DNA of 64,000 nucleotides from a virus (Duplodnaviria; Caudoviricetes): the IMG/VR virus record IMGVR_UViG_2513237360_000007, positions 10,637 to 74,636 of that record, one strand, 5' to 3'. Position 1 is the stretch's first letter. Every line of letters starts with the position of its first letter. A program made the position numbers and the translations under genes. This document shows positions 1 through 10,601 of the stretch, piece after piece. The notes beneath the pieces were generated by a model, which was given only the letters and a program-made list of their open reading frames with translations, made no database searches and was not told the origin of the DNA.

Positions 1-136
1 GATCGTCTTTCTGCGTTAGTCTCATTCTGCTCCTTCCTCTACTAAATCTTTGCTTTCTGATGTATACTCCAATACTCCCTGGGTAGGCATCCCCACAATT
101 CCATTACAGCTATCCTTTACTTTGTAAGCTATATTT

Positions 137-739
137 TCAAAATAATTTCATTACCGCCCTTATTTTTTTTGATACATATCTCCTATGTAAGAAGCATAAA
201 TGTTTCCATGTGTCAATATTAAATCGGATTCTCATTTGATATAAAAATATCTCAGAAATCTTTTCCATGAAATCCCGCGGAAGGATATCCTGCTTAATAC
301 TATTACAGACCCTGCAGGTTGCTTGCAAGTTATCTAAATCATTAGTTCCGCCCTTTGATAAGGGAATAATATGATCGACTGTAAATTCATCAACCCCCAT
401 GAATCTCCCACATAAAACGCAGCGACCTTTTGATTTTGCATAAATGACTTTTCTTTCAGCTGGCTCGAATCGCCTTCTTTTTGACATCGTTCTTATATCC
501 ATCGCAGCATCTTCATTCAATGACATGATATAGAAATTTTTTAATTTTCTGGTTGCTTTATTCAGCACGGCCCTTGCTTCTTCAGAACTTGAAAACTGTT
601 GTGCCTTTCGCTTACTGCTTGTCTTATTAATTTTCCCCCCAGTACTATAGGACATATACTGCGTGCCATTTGTGATCACATAATTCAAGAATCTACCTTT
701 CTTCATTCCTTTCCCCTGGCTATGAAGCCAAGTCTTCAT
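137..739 (-). CDS. HNH endonuclease
   Basis: CVLCG...DHIIPLSKGGTNDLDNLQATCRVCNSIK HNH/zinc motif. Confidence 0.9.
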   Translation of the reverse strand: MKTWLHSQGKGMKKGRFLNYVITNGTQYMSYSTGGKINKTSSKRKAQQFSSSEEARAVLNKATRKLKNFYIMSLNEDAAMDIRTMSKRRRFEPAERKVIYAKSKGRCVLCGRFMGVDEFTVDHIIPLSKGGTNDLDNLQATCRVCNSIKQDILPRDFMEKISEIFLYQMRIRFNIDTWKHLCFLHRRYVSKKIRAVMKLF

Positions 740-831
740 TCACATCATCAATATCATGACATTGATTCCACAGCGTCAGACTAGCATGATCTGTCTGTAC
801 ACCCTCGGTTTTACCACCCACTCTATTTCCT

Positions 832-1458
832 CTAGTGTTTCTTAAACCAGACCGACTGCCCGGGTTTCAAACTCCAGCAAGAGTTCTCTGTTGTCACGCA
901 TTTGCCGCAGTAGCCAGTGCATTCAATCGCATCATCAGGTATCTCACATTCTGAATCGTTCAGTCGGACCCAGGAAGTGGGGAGATTATGCGGATTCTCA
1001 CATCTCCATCTCCCCCAATTACTAAAGACCAAAATCAAATTTGACGGTTTCCTTCGCCTGTCCAAATACTCATTGACCAATTCATATTTCTTAGTGAAAC
1101 AAAGGAATCTGGTAAACCTATGTTTCCGTGCCAATTTGCACATCAACTCTAAATACTGCTGATCAGGTATATCACCGCTTGAATGCCATCTGAAATACTT
1201 GTACGGGACCATGGTTAATACCGAATCAATCACATTGAAATACCCCTGCGGATTATCTTGGTAGGCCATTAAGTTTTTTCTTAAACTTTCCTTCACACGA
1301 TCAAATGCAAAATTCCCTCGTAAAGCGTAGCATTTACGATTACAGGGAGCATCCCTCCTACAGGTCTCACCCACAGGAAGATTAACACTTGCAATGCTGG
1401 CTCCCAATTTTGAGATTCCCGTGGATATTCTCGGATAAACAAGTTTATCACTTTTCAT
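832..1458 (-). CDS. Gp88-like phage protein (Cys-motif, radical-SAM-like)
   Basis: LPVGETCRRDAPCNRKCYA and FRWHSSGD motifs typical of phage Gp88 family. Confidence 0.75.
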   Translation of the reverse strand: MKSDKLVYPRISTGISKLGASIASVNLPVGETCRRDAPCNRKCYALRGNFAFDRVKESLRKNLMAYQDNPQGYFNVIDSVLTMVPYKYFRWHSSGDIPDQQYLELMCKLARKHRFTRFLCFTKKYELVNEYLDRRRKPSNLILVFSNWGRWRCENPHNLPTSWVRLNDSECEIPDDAIECTGYCGKCVTTENSCWSLKPGQSVWFKKH

Positions 1459-1478
1459 GCTTAACCTCCCCGGTATAA

Positions 1479-2510
1479 TTAAAAGATTTCATAGTCATAT
1501 ACATCATTAAAACAAATATTTCCGTTTTCTAAAAAAAACTTTCCCCAGGCGCTCTCGGCCGAAGATGAATTAACGCAATACTCAGATTCACATCCTCCGT
1601 CATTAACATAAACCAGTAAATAAACAACTTTTTCTTTTTTAGATCCTTTTCTATAGGAATATGTATCCATATCATCAAACCAGTCTTCTACACCGCATTT
1701 ATATCCACCTCCATATGATCGTTCGTAATCATGCCAAACACCATAGGATCTTTCTATGTATTCATACTGTTTGCTTTCAACAAGAAGAAGCCGCTTGACC
1801 ACCTCTATCGTATTCAGCATTTCTTCGACTACCACTTCTTCTTTTACTGTATGTGCATAATAATATCCACAGCTCAAATTAACAGCAGCTATGCCACATT
1901 GGGGAGCTATAATGCTAATATCAGAAAAGGTACCATAGCACTCCTTAAATCCCGTTTCTTTTATGATGAATTCTGTAAACTCCGGATTATCGCACTCATA
2001 GAATACCGCATCATTTGCGTGTGCCCGGTCAAGTTCAATCAAATAATGCAGCGAGTTTAACTCATATAAGAGATCTGTATCACAAAATTTCCCACTTCCA
2101 ACTCCACCGATTTCTTCGTCCTCGCAGAAAAGAACGGAGCATTTATACTCTTCCACGATTTTTAGAATTATATAGATACCACACCTGTCATCGCCCCCTA
2201 TTCCTTGGGGTGAACTAATAATATGTTGCCCCTCAATAATTTGTTCATAGAAATTATACACTGTCGATTTATGCACAGTATCCATATGGGCGGTAAGAAG
2301 AACAGGAATTGTCCCCTTTGCGTATATGAACCCATCACCGACTGCGATATCCGTATAACCAGCAGCAATCAATGCTCTCGGAAGAAACTCTTTAAGTTGC
2401 ACCTGTGTCATTTTACAAAGTTTTATAAAATCTGGCACTATGGAAAAATTTATCCCAATGCCATTTTCGTTTTTGTATAGTTTTCCTTTTGTTTTCCCAC
2501 TTTTGCTCAT
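1479..2510 (-). CDS. M28/M20-type zinc metallopeptidase
   Basis: Metal ligand motifs AHMDTV, GGDDRCG, DEEIG, ELD, YYAHT. Confidence 0.85.
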   Translation of the reverse strand: MSKSGKTKGKLYKNENGIGINFSIVPDFIKLCKMTQVQLKEFLPRALIAAGYTDIAVGDGFIYAKGTIPVLLTAHMDTVHKSTVYNFYEQIIEGQHIISSPQGIGGDDRCGIYIILKIVEEYKCSVLFCEDEEIGGVGSGKFCDTDLLYELNSLHYLIELDRAHANDAVFYECDNPEFTEFIIKETGFKECYGTFSDISIIAPQCGIAAVNLSCGYYYAHTVKEEVVVEEMLNTIEVVKRLLLVESKQYEYIERSYGVWHDYERSYGGGYKCGVEDWFDDMDTYSYRKGSKKEKVVYLLVYVNDGGCESEYCVNSSSAESAWGKFFLENGNICFNDVYDYEIF

Positions 2511-2523
2511 GCTATTTCCTTCC

Positions 2524-4698
2524 TCAGGCAGCAGGGCTATTTATTCCCGCTTCATCTTCGTTTTCTTCAAGAATATCATCCACACAATCATCGCAACAAT
2601 CATGGTCACTATTCCAGGCGGAGTCATGTACTAAAGATTCGCAATGCTCACAATGATGAACTTCATTCTGTGGATACCACTCTCCGCTCTCTACCATGCG
2701 GTACCCATCAAGATAAGCGCAACTCGAATTACAGTAACTCCGACCGTCCTCTGTCTCGACTGAATCACCATATATATAATAAAAGGCACCGCAGGAATCA
2801 CATTCACGAAATTCCGGCTCATCTAGTGCGTTGTCACATACGTTTCCATATCCAACTATGTGATTGCCACTGCCAATTTCCCACTCACTATGATAACTAC
2901 AATAGAAGCAACAATTTTCGCAGTACCACTCGCCATCAATATAATGCATATCATCGGTATTATTTTCCTCTTCACATTCACAGCAGATTTCTCTGGCAAA
3001 ACACTGATCACACTCAATTGTTTTTTCTTCCATATGTTCTCTTCCACAGCGGGGACAGATTGGGGCATGTCCAACGCTTATTCTTTTGATATTTACCCCT
3101 CCGTCAGCGTTTTTAAGGTAACTGACATTGCAATCTTTAAAATACAAGTAGTCCGTATAGTGCACCCCATAAGTATCTATTACGTTATTACATTCCGAGG
3201 GTCCTTTCTTGTTTACCCAAATGTTTGGTCGATTCATACAGTCAGATATGACTTTTTGAACTATTTCACGTACTTCTTGATAGAAAGAGTTTTCTCCATC
3301 TGTCGCTTGCGGATAAATACGTCCCTGCACAATCTTATCTTCACCCAAATGGAACATATTCCTGTTGATTTTGGGCTCTAATTCTAATTGATCTCCCGTA
3401 TAAGAACTATCGACCGTGTAGAATACCATACTTGTACCATCAAGCATATATGATAGTGTCCCACCTGAATAGCAGCCCTCATAAGCATGTTCCATACCGC
3501 GCTTGTTCTCCTTATCAATAGTATGGCAACTAGCCCAACTATTCCCAAAAGACATAGTAAAATAATCTATTGGGTGGCAGCTAAGTATTGTATGTCTTGT
3601 GATTTTAAGTGGATTTATTGCGTCTGAATATTGCGCGAACCTTCTCTGATATTCCGGATCCTTGTCGATACCAATAAAGTGGCAAAATTTATTTACAATT
3701 CTTGATGTTTTTTGTCCTGCAACAGCCTTCAATGTGGGGGATATTGCATTTATAACATCGGCCATAAACACATCTATAAACTGATCTTTATAGTTCATTA
3801 ATTGTAGAGAAAAATCTCTTACTTTGCTCAATAAACCTAAAGATTCTGATGTATATAACTCACTGGGGCAACCAGACCAGCCACATAAATGCGCCCGATT
3901 GGCTTCTTCAAATTTATTGACTTTTTCTGTAAAGAAACTATGATTTTTAACACACTCAAGGTAGTAGTCCTTCAGATATAGCCCTCCATGAGCTCTTATA
4001 GTATTGTAGGCGCTAATAATTTTATACATTCGATCTCTGATATCAACGGACTCTTGATAGCTATGGCAACCAATCATGTATTTCTTTCTAATATTCTGAG
4101 ACCATCTGCGGATGTACCCACTAAAGTCTTCTAATATTTTACTGTCGCATATTCTATTATAATCCTCGTCAAAGGCTATTTGATATTTCCCATTGTAATT
4201 AGGATGCCTCGATATCAAAAGAATTAGATCTCCTTTTTTTTCTGCCCATTCATCCAATATTTTATTGCATCCACTAATAGTTGGATGATACTCGTATTCA
4301 TTGAGAAGTGCCATCATCTCCTCGAGCAGCTCATCCCTCCGTTCCTCAGTCAATACAAATTTTTCTCCTGCAACAATCTCCTTCATATATGCATGATCGC
4401 CGCAGGGGAGAGGTACATTCTTTGACAAATCATCATATCCCGGCACTTTCTCCGCATTGGGGTAAATACTGAAAAACTCCTCCTCTGATATTGGATGAAT
4501 CCTGCGAATATCGACCGTATCTATGTAACCAAGATTTTTGCCAAATCGACTAGCTATAATCTCAACGGATACCTGTCCATCACAATCTACCTCTTCATCA
4601 ATCAACCTCAAAAGTGTTCCATGGTCTGATCTAAGACTGCATTCATCTCCTCTATATAAATTTCCTACAGCATATTTTTCATACATAATTTTTTCCAC
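2524..4698 (-). CDS. Phage protein with SWASCH motif and C-terminal Cys-rich repeats
   Basis: FGNSWASCH motif; repeated CxxC units in the last ~180 aa. Confidence 0.7.
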   Translation of the reverse strand: MEKIMYEKYAVGNLYRGDECSLRSDHGTLLRLIDEEVDCDGQVSVEIIASRFGKNLGYIDTVDIRRIHPISEEEFFSIYPNAEKVPGYDDLSKNVPLPCGDHAYMKEIVAGEKFVLTEERRDELLEEMMALLNEYEYHPTISGCNKILDEWAEKKGDLILLISRHPNYNGKYQIAFDEDYNRICDSKILEDFSGYIRRWSQNIRKKYMIGCHSYQESVDIRDRMYKIISAYNTIRAHGGLYLKDYYLECVKNHSFFTEKVNKFEEANRAHLCGWSGCPSELYTSESLGLLSKVRDFSLQLMNYKDQFIDVFMADVINAISPTLKAVAGQKTSRIVNKFCHFIGIDKDPEYQRRFAQYSDAINPLKITRHTILSCHPIDYFTMSFGNSWASCHTIDKENKRGMEHAYEGCYSGGTLSYMLDGTSMVFYTVDSSYTGDQLELEPKINRNMFHLGEDKIVQGRIYPQATDGENSFYQEVREIVQKVISDCMNRPNIWVNKKGPSECNNVIDTYGVHYTDYLYFKDCNVSYLKNADGGVNIKRISVGHAPICPRCGREHMEEKTIECDQCFAREICCECEEENNTDDMHYIDGEWYCENCCFYCSYHSEWEIGSGNHIVGYGNVCDNALDEPEFRECDSCGAFYYIYGDSVETEDGRSYCNSSCAYLDGYRMVESGEWYPQNEVHHCEHCESLVHDSAWNSDHDCCDDCVDDILEENEDEAGINSPAA

Positions 4699-4723
4699 CT
4701 TTCGTCAATACATCCAATGAGCT

Positions 4724-5002
4724 CTAATTTAGTTCCATTACATCTATAACCACATTTTTGTTGATTTCAAAATCAGCAAATTTAACAACAACTCTTGTGC
4801 CGTCAGGTAACTCTGGCGGGTCACTGATTTCTACAGCCTCTCCATTATCCAGGACAATGATTGAGCCCCAATCATAAGCAGTTCCGCATTCAATGCTGAG
4901 GCTCAAAATAGGCTCGGCAGCAAAAGTTTTCGTAGTCAAAGTCCCAATTTGGGCAACAAAAACCACACCCAACGCCAAAAACCTTAGGATCTTATTTGCC
5001 AT
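4724..5002 (-). CDS. Small exported hypothetical protein
   Basis: N-terminal signal-peptide-like hydrophobic stretch; SD AAAGGAG upstream. Confidence 0.65.
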   Translation of the reverse strand: MANKILRFLALGVVFVAQIGTLTTKTFAAEPILSLSIECGTAYDWGSIIVLDNGEAVEISDPPELPDGTRVVVKFADFEINKNVVIDVMELN

Positions 5003-5221
5003 ATTCAGTTATCTCCTTTTGAAAAAGTTGTGACGATTGTCACGAATAATTAGATATGTTAATTTCCAGATAATCCAACCTATTGGTATGATGACATCAG
5101 ATGCTTTGAGCCTAAAGCCCTATTCATTGGATTCCAATATTTGTCCACATCCCTCTGCCCCCTTCCATTCAATGTTTTGGTAAATACCTTTTTTCCAATC
5201 ACAATATCTCCCCGCATACTT

Positions 5222-5368
5222 TTATTTCACCTTGATCCCTGTAATTTCTTCAAAAATTTTCACATCAAAATTAGGGATCTCTTTAATGATATTTTTCTGT
5301 TGGCCAGATAAACTATTCCACCATAACTGACTACGGTCTTTTTCATTAAGTTCTTTCTGATAACCTCC
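5222..5368 (-). pseudogene. Remnant C-terminus of a common Firmicutes phage protein (GGY.KEL...IPNFD..IF.EITGI)
   Basis: Translates as GGYQKELNEK...NSLSGQQKNIIKEIPNFDVKIFEEITGIKVK*, with an apparent frameshift at the QLWW motif and upstream stops; family resemblance from memory. Confidence 0.5.
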
Positions 5369-5535
5369 TAGACCTCTCTATACCTGGTCCGTTTCATATC
5401 AATAAAATTTGTGGGAGTTGTCACATAGAAACCATGTGTTTCAGATTTGAAAATAGACATATATCTCATGTCTTTTTAGTTATATCACTTTTAAAGTTAT
5501 ATGTCAATGTTTTTTCCAAACATTCGTTCTCCTTT

Positions 5536-6486
5536 TTACGCCACAATTGAAATTTTGTTATCAACATAGGCAAATCTGTTACGGCTCCCAAAACGCTCTT
5601 TCAGCAGATCATCAGCATACAGCACACATGCAACCCTATAATTCCGATTTGGATAGGCCAAATGAGCCCGCTCTTTAAATGCCGTGGGCGAACTTTCCCT
5701 TAGCAAGGTTCCAAATATATTAACTATCTTACGTTCTTCCCCATATGCCTGGAAAATGTATTTCATTGTTCTCATGGTATAGGTGGAATAACCAAAGGTT
5801 TCCATATCCCAGCCAGCATGGTGAATCACCTTGAACGCAAATTCCAACCCTTTCGGCCCATTCGTTTTTACAATGTCTAAGGCATCCAGATAGGATTTGA
5901 GATATACCTTTCCGTCTCTCCTCTCCTTTGTTGTTGGACTTATCAAAACACCATACTTCCTTGACAGCGTATCAACTACGGATACAATAGGATCATTCAG
6001 AACAAGGGCTGCCGTATGCTGGTGTATTGCCTTCATTGGGCGTACCTCGTCATACTGTCCGCGGAAAAGCTCCGCTCCGTATCTCTCTATCTCATCATCT
6101 CCCACACTTAAATGGACATTTGCCAGGACATATTCACGCCCACACATCTGTGCAGCTATTACCCTGCCCATCCCCTCACACACATCAAAACTCCCTTTCT
6201 GAGGATTTGGTATGATATCTATATATCCAGCCTTTCTTAGATCAAAGTTCTGGCTTAAGGAGAGAATTTTATCTTCATTCAGAAAATGGATTCTATCGAC
6301 TTGATATCTGGGAAAGTTTAGCATTGTAAGCGGAACTTTAGCTGTCCCTAAAATATCTCGTCCATCTTCCGTTACCATTACATCAACATTTGCCAGCAGA
6401 TCATTCATCCTTTCATGGTTTCCGACCCTGTTAAAATACTCCTCTGCTATTTCATAAATCCTTTTTACCATACTATATCCCTCCAT
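5536..6486 (-). CDS. ParB/Srx-like N-terminal domain protein (DUF6551-like)
   Basis: PRYQVDR and FDVCEGMGRVIAA resemble the ParB-like D-G-x-x-R motif. Confidence 0.6.
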   Translation of the reverse strand: MEGYSMVKRIYEIAEEYFNRVGNHERMNDLLANVDVMVTEDGRDILGTAKVPLTMLNFPRYQVDRIHFLNEDKILSLSQNFDLRKAGYIDIIPNPQKGSFDVCEGMGRVIAAQMCGREYVLANVHLSVGDDEIERYGAELFRGQYDEVRPMKAIHQHTAALVLNDPIVSVVDTLSRKYGVLISPTTKERRDGKVYLKSYLDALDIVKTNGPKGLEFAFKVIHHAGWDMETFGYSTYTMRTMKYIFQAYGEERKIVNIFGTLLRESSPTAFKERAHLAYPNRNYRVACVLYADDLLKERFGSRNRFAYVDNKISIVA

Positions 6487-6747
6487 TTATTTTTCTCTGC
6501 TTTTTGTATATGTAACACCAATCAACACACATAGAAATTTCCCTTCTCCGTTCCTAAGACCCTTATTCCTGGCACGCTTTGCGTTTCCGTATATTCATGC
6601 TTATACCGGACTTTCACCTTACATTTACTTTCCCTTCGCCCGAAGGTATTTGATGTATAGTCAGGGCATACCCAAAGGGAGATCCAGGGAGCCGAGGTTA
6701 TCTAATGGCAATATGAACCTATCACCGGTCTTTCATTTGCCTTATGA

Positions 6748-6948
6748 TCAATCCGTTGGGACCTTCCGTACCGGTTCCAGTGACGCAACAACCATCTTAT
6801 GTACTGACGCTATAGTGCAATAATCACATTTTATGTTTATCCCTCTGCAGCAACATATATCACAGCTATGTTTAAAGCTGCTCATTGCTTCCTGTGCGGA
6901 AGTACATTGCATCTGATAATTAACCCCTACCTGCTCAAACTTAGTCAT
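6748..6948 (-). CDS. Small Cys-rich hypothetical phage protein
   Basis: SCDICCCRG..CDYC motif; SD-like GGAAA upstream. Confidence 0.65.
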   Translation of the reverse strand: MTKFEQVGVNYQMQCTSAQEAMSSFKHSCDICCCRGINIKCDYCTIASVHKMVVASLEPVRKVPTD

Positions 6949-6989
6949 TTTCCTTGTCTCCTTCTATATTGGTATTAGCTAAAGCGCCT

Positions 6990-7298
6990 TTAGCTCAGCG
7001 CATCATGTATTAATCCTAAAACCTCATCCTCTCCCGCCCATTGATTCCTTCCGCCAACATAATCGGTCAATGACCTAGCTTCGCGGTACAGGACCTTATC
7101 TCTTAATGGACCATAGCAGCTGCTTTCCGTGTTTATGTACATGATTTTTCCATTACCTGCATTAAGGATGAAACCACTTGCTCCTCTGACGGTTCCGTTT
7201 ATTCTGATCGGTTGTACATGGCATTCAAAACCCGGATCCAGCTTTCTCATATGTGCCTTTATCTTTCTACTCGTCAACATAATATTTCCTTTCTGCAT
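6990..7298 (-). CDS. Hypothetical phage protein
   Basis: ORF collinear with neighbours, AAAGGAAA SD before internal Met. Confidence 0.65.
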   Translation of the reverse strand: MQKGNIMLTSRKIKAHMRKLDPGFECHVQPIRINGTVRGASGFILNAGNGKIMYINTESSCYGPLRDKVLYREARSLTDYVGGRNQWAGEDEVLGLIHDALS

Positions 7299-7613
7299 GG
7301 CAGGGATATTGTGCTTACCCCGCCTTGACTACGCCATGGCCAAAACAAAAGTGTTTCGTAACCATCAAATCTCCCTCCCTTCCTTTTGGATTGTGTGGGT
7401 GATTTTTTGTTTCACAGCACATCATAAAAGAGCAGAACTATCCTGTTTTCTGCTCTCCTGACTGTGCCATTCTATCCAACTGTGCTATTCGCTTTTCTGC
7501 ATTCCCCCTCTATTATTGAATCAGTTGCCGTCCAGCGCCTTCCCTGACATTTGCCCAGGCATTCTGTTAAAGGCAAATTAACCCTGTGATTCCCCGGCAT
7601 TCCTGATTCGCGA

Positions 7614-7835
7614 CTATCGTTCCCAATACCAGCCGAAACCATCTTCCGTGTATAACATAAGCCCGGCTTCTGTGGCGTTAAAGTCTATAACTGTCCGTAT
7701 GTCCAGATAGTCTGGAGCATTTGCATAGCTGGTGTTTTCCGGCACAGCCATACCCACAAAAAATCCAAATGTAAAAAAGCATGATATGGCCGCTAAGGTT
7801 TTAATCCTCATTTCCTCCTCCATTTCCAGGCACAA
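7614..7835 (-). CDS. Small membrane/exported hypothetical protein
   Basis: Hydrophobic N-terminal segment, GGAGG SD before MRIK. Confidence 0.6.
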   Translation of the reverse strand: MCLEMEEEMRIKTLAAISCFFTFGFFVGMAVPENTSYANAPDYLDIRTVIDFNATEAGLMLYTEDGFGWYWER

Positions 7836-7879
7836 AAAAAGCCAGGGTTATCCCCTGGCAAGTGCCCCTTGCAAAAATT

Positions 7880-8389
7880 CTATTTCCAGATTGAATCATG
7901 ATTCGTTGATGCCTCGAACCGCGTCCCATTTCCCCGGCATTGCGGAATTGCGTTTATCCCCCTTTCAGGGGTCCTCCGAACCTTTAAGCGTGACGCCTTC
8001 GTCCATGACCTCGTAAGCAAAGGTCTACGCATTTTTTTGTACATCTGATTGGAATCCGGCAATTGTTCTACAGACAGATGAAAAATCCTTCTCTTTTCCA
8101 ATATCATTTTTGCAAGGCAATGGGTCTGTGGAATCTCAATGTCGAACCAAATATTTTTGCCGTAAAGGTATGAGCGCAAAGATCCTTTGCTATAACGCTG
8201 TATGACAGGGGCGGCCTTGTCATCACTGACAATGTGAACGGTCAGTTTGCCATGGCGTAATCTGTAGTCATCACAGACATATGGTATACGCCCACTATCC
8301 ACCCTATATTCCCCGTAACAAGCCCCCTTAGGGACTTTCCTGTCATATATGCAAGTGCAGAAATCACCTGTAAAACGACATTGTTTCAT
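7880..8389 (-). CDS. Hypothetical phage protein
   Basis: AGGAGG SD before MKQCRF (start moved from 8425 to 8389). Confidence 0.6.
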   Translation of the reverse strand: MKQCRFTGDFCTCIYDRKVPKGACYGEYRVDSGRIPYVCDDYRLRHGKLTVHIVSDDKAAPVIQRYSKGSLRSYLYGKNIWFDIEIPQTHCLAKMILEKRRIFHLSVEQLPDSNQMYKKMRRPLLTRSWTKASRLKVRRTPERGINAIPQCRGNGTRFEASTNHDSIWK

Positions 8390-8467
8390 GGCACTACCTC
8401 CTTGTATTTTTGTGCTTAAATACACTCCCCAGGGGCAGACAGATTGCGTCCGCCCCCTGAACTATAC

Positions 8468-9325
8468 TCAAGCCGTCTCAGACTGATTGAGTAATTCATT
8501 CTTAGATTTATTCATGCCGACCTTCTCCGCCTTTTTCTCCTCCGCAATTATCTCCTCCCTGGTCTGATCAATACTTTGTCCCGTAATCATAGCATACCCA
8601 AAGACCACTGCTAATTTCTTGAATCCGGCCTTATTATCCTTACGAACAACCTTGCCCCCGTCTTTATCAACTCTCAGCACGCTATTGTAAAGTCTGCTGA
8701 CCGTCCATGTTAAAGTGGCGCTACAATGCCATTTTATGGGAAGGAAAAGATTGGACTTGAAAAGCGTCCCCTCCTCCCTTATGCCGAAATTATCATTCAG
8801 ATACACCGCAATCGCAGTCCGTAACTCTTTAAAAGCGTCCTTTGTATACTCGTCAAGTATAAAGTTGCCGTCCCCCTCCGTATCACAGGTTGCTAGATAG
8901 CAATTAAAGTTATGTACAGCATTTTCCAGCCGGATATAAGCCGGGGCGTAATCCACCCCGTCAACGCCTTTACGCGGTGCCATATATCCCACGCCTGGAA
9001 TGGAAAACCTTGCTATGGTCTTTATAATGTGCAGGTCTTTCCCGGTCACGTCCTCAGGATTAAACACTATCTCACCCTGTTTTTCCTTAAGAATGCATTT
9101 AGTCTCACTATAACTTGAGACAAGTGCTTTTTCCTCTTCGGTTAACTCCTCCTCGCTGCGAGTAACCTTGTTTCCATCACGGTCAACGATCGTTAAGATG
9201 GATGTAATGGCAAGCTTTACCTTGCTTATCTGGTATTCCAGTGCCCAATGTTCTACGCCGTTCTCAAAAATCTGCCTTGCTTCCTCGTTCTTAAAATTCA
9301 GTTTCAGTGTAATGTCCTTTTTCAT
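8468..9325 (-). CDS. Hypothetical phage protein, first gene of leftward arm
   Basis: GGAAGGAA SD before MKKDITLK (start moved from 9421 to 9325). Confidence 0.75.
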   Translation of the reverse strand: MKKDITLKLNFKNEEARQIFENGVEHWALEYQISKVKLAITSILTIVDRDGNKVTRSEEELTEEEKALVSSYSETKCILKEKQGEIVFNPEDVTGKDLHIIKTIARFSIPGVGYMAPRKGVDGVDYAPAYIRLENAVHNFNCYLATCDTEGDGNFILDEYTKDAFKELRTAIAVYLNDNFGIREEGTLFKSNLFLPIKWHCSATLTWTVSRLYNSVLRVDKDGGKVVRKDNKAGFKKLAVVFGYAMITGQSIDQTREEIIAEEKKAEKVGMNKSKNELLNQSETA

Positions 9326-9734
9326 ATTGTTCCTTCCTCTCTGCGGTTTTCCCGCTATAAAATTCTTTGTCATCATGCCCCACATACTGCATAGGATAGT
9401 CCTACACACTAGGACGGGCACGAGTAAATCAAACTATGAGGTTGCCCCCATAACCGCGCCTACTTTCGCAATAGTTCGCGGATTTCGCCGTATGGATGCA
9501 CGCCGTTTCACTGTACCCCGTAGCCGCTTAGCGCACTGCGGAGGTGTTGCCGTGGGCACACACTGTGTTTTGGAATGCAATTATGTCATGGTGCAGGTGG
9601 ATGAATAAATATGCATCCAGTTCTTAAAATTTACGATAGTCACCGTCAGCCCCTCCTCCCTGCTGACATCTTAATAATACACAATACGCGAAAACAATTC
9701 CACCACGTTAATATTTTTCCGGAAAACCGTATGT

Positions 9735-9958
9735 TTTATGGGGAAAATGTATATTTTTCACATAAATAAAAGCGGACTAGGGGGCGTATTAAAACCTAAA
9801 AAAATCGTTTTTATCACTGATACCTCCATAGCTGTCCTCCTTCCGAACTGACCCAAAATACCGCCATTTTTCATCAAAAAAGGCCTAATCCAGCCGATTC
9901 AAGATCCGATACCAGGGTTAGGCCCCTATTTAAACCTTATAAGGGAATGTATATTTTT
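9735..9958. repeat. Direct repeat AATGTATATTTTT (9746-9758, 9946-9958) within an imperfect ~25-bp repeat
   Basis: Exact 13-mer twice, 200 bp apart, each preceded by AAACC..TTAT..GG. Confidence 0.8.
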
Positions 9959-10203
9959 ACCGCAGAAAATCATATTTATGCAATAAAAATGCATATTATA
10001 CAGTGCGGTTATAGCGATTGGCCAAGAAAAATAAGAACGTTATCGATATGAGATCGGGAATACTTTATAAGTAATACTTATTGACATATTGCTTTTCAAG
10101 TGTTATAATATATATAGTATTACAGAAAAAACGAAGCATTTATTATTATACAAAATGGATCTACGGGCAAAAAATGAATATGTGTTTATCGCTTTAATTC
10201 ATC

Positions 10204-10601
10204 GTAGATTATATATCTACTCTTCTTTCCTGTTCGGAAACTGTTATCCCCTTAAATAAATATACTATATATTTCTATATGGCTTACAGGTTAATATTAT
10301 TATATATACTCGCTGCTAATATATTATTATAAACTGTAGTAGCAATAACCTGTAAGACATATACACTGTGATGTTCAATGGTATCAGTTTTCCATATTCT
10401 TATCTGAACATCACAGGACTATCTCATTTAAAGATTACTTCTAATCTTTTAATATAAGAGAACAGAAGCATATCTTTTTTCTTTTCATGGTATTATAAAG
10501 CTTCTGTTCTCTCTCTGGCTCACAAAAAATCTATTAACCATATTTTTATAAAATCATGTGAGCCAGAATATGTTATTATAAACTCTTATAAAAAAAGAGT
10601 T
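10204..10601. repeat. Tandem array of inverted repeats (hairpins/cruciforms)
   Basis: Stems 10204-09/10215-20, 10283-93/10346-56, 10366-77/10405-16, 10430-37/10442-49, 10457-69/10500-12, 10514-24/10557-67, 10581-87/10595-601. Confidence 0.85.

Noticed and set aside
137-739. HNH gene as the intron's homing endonuclease
   Set aside because: It lies 37 kb away in a separate operon and nothing links the two
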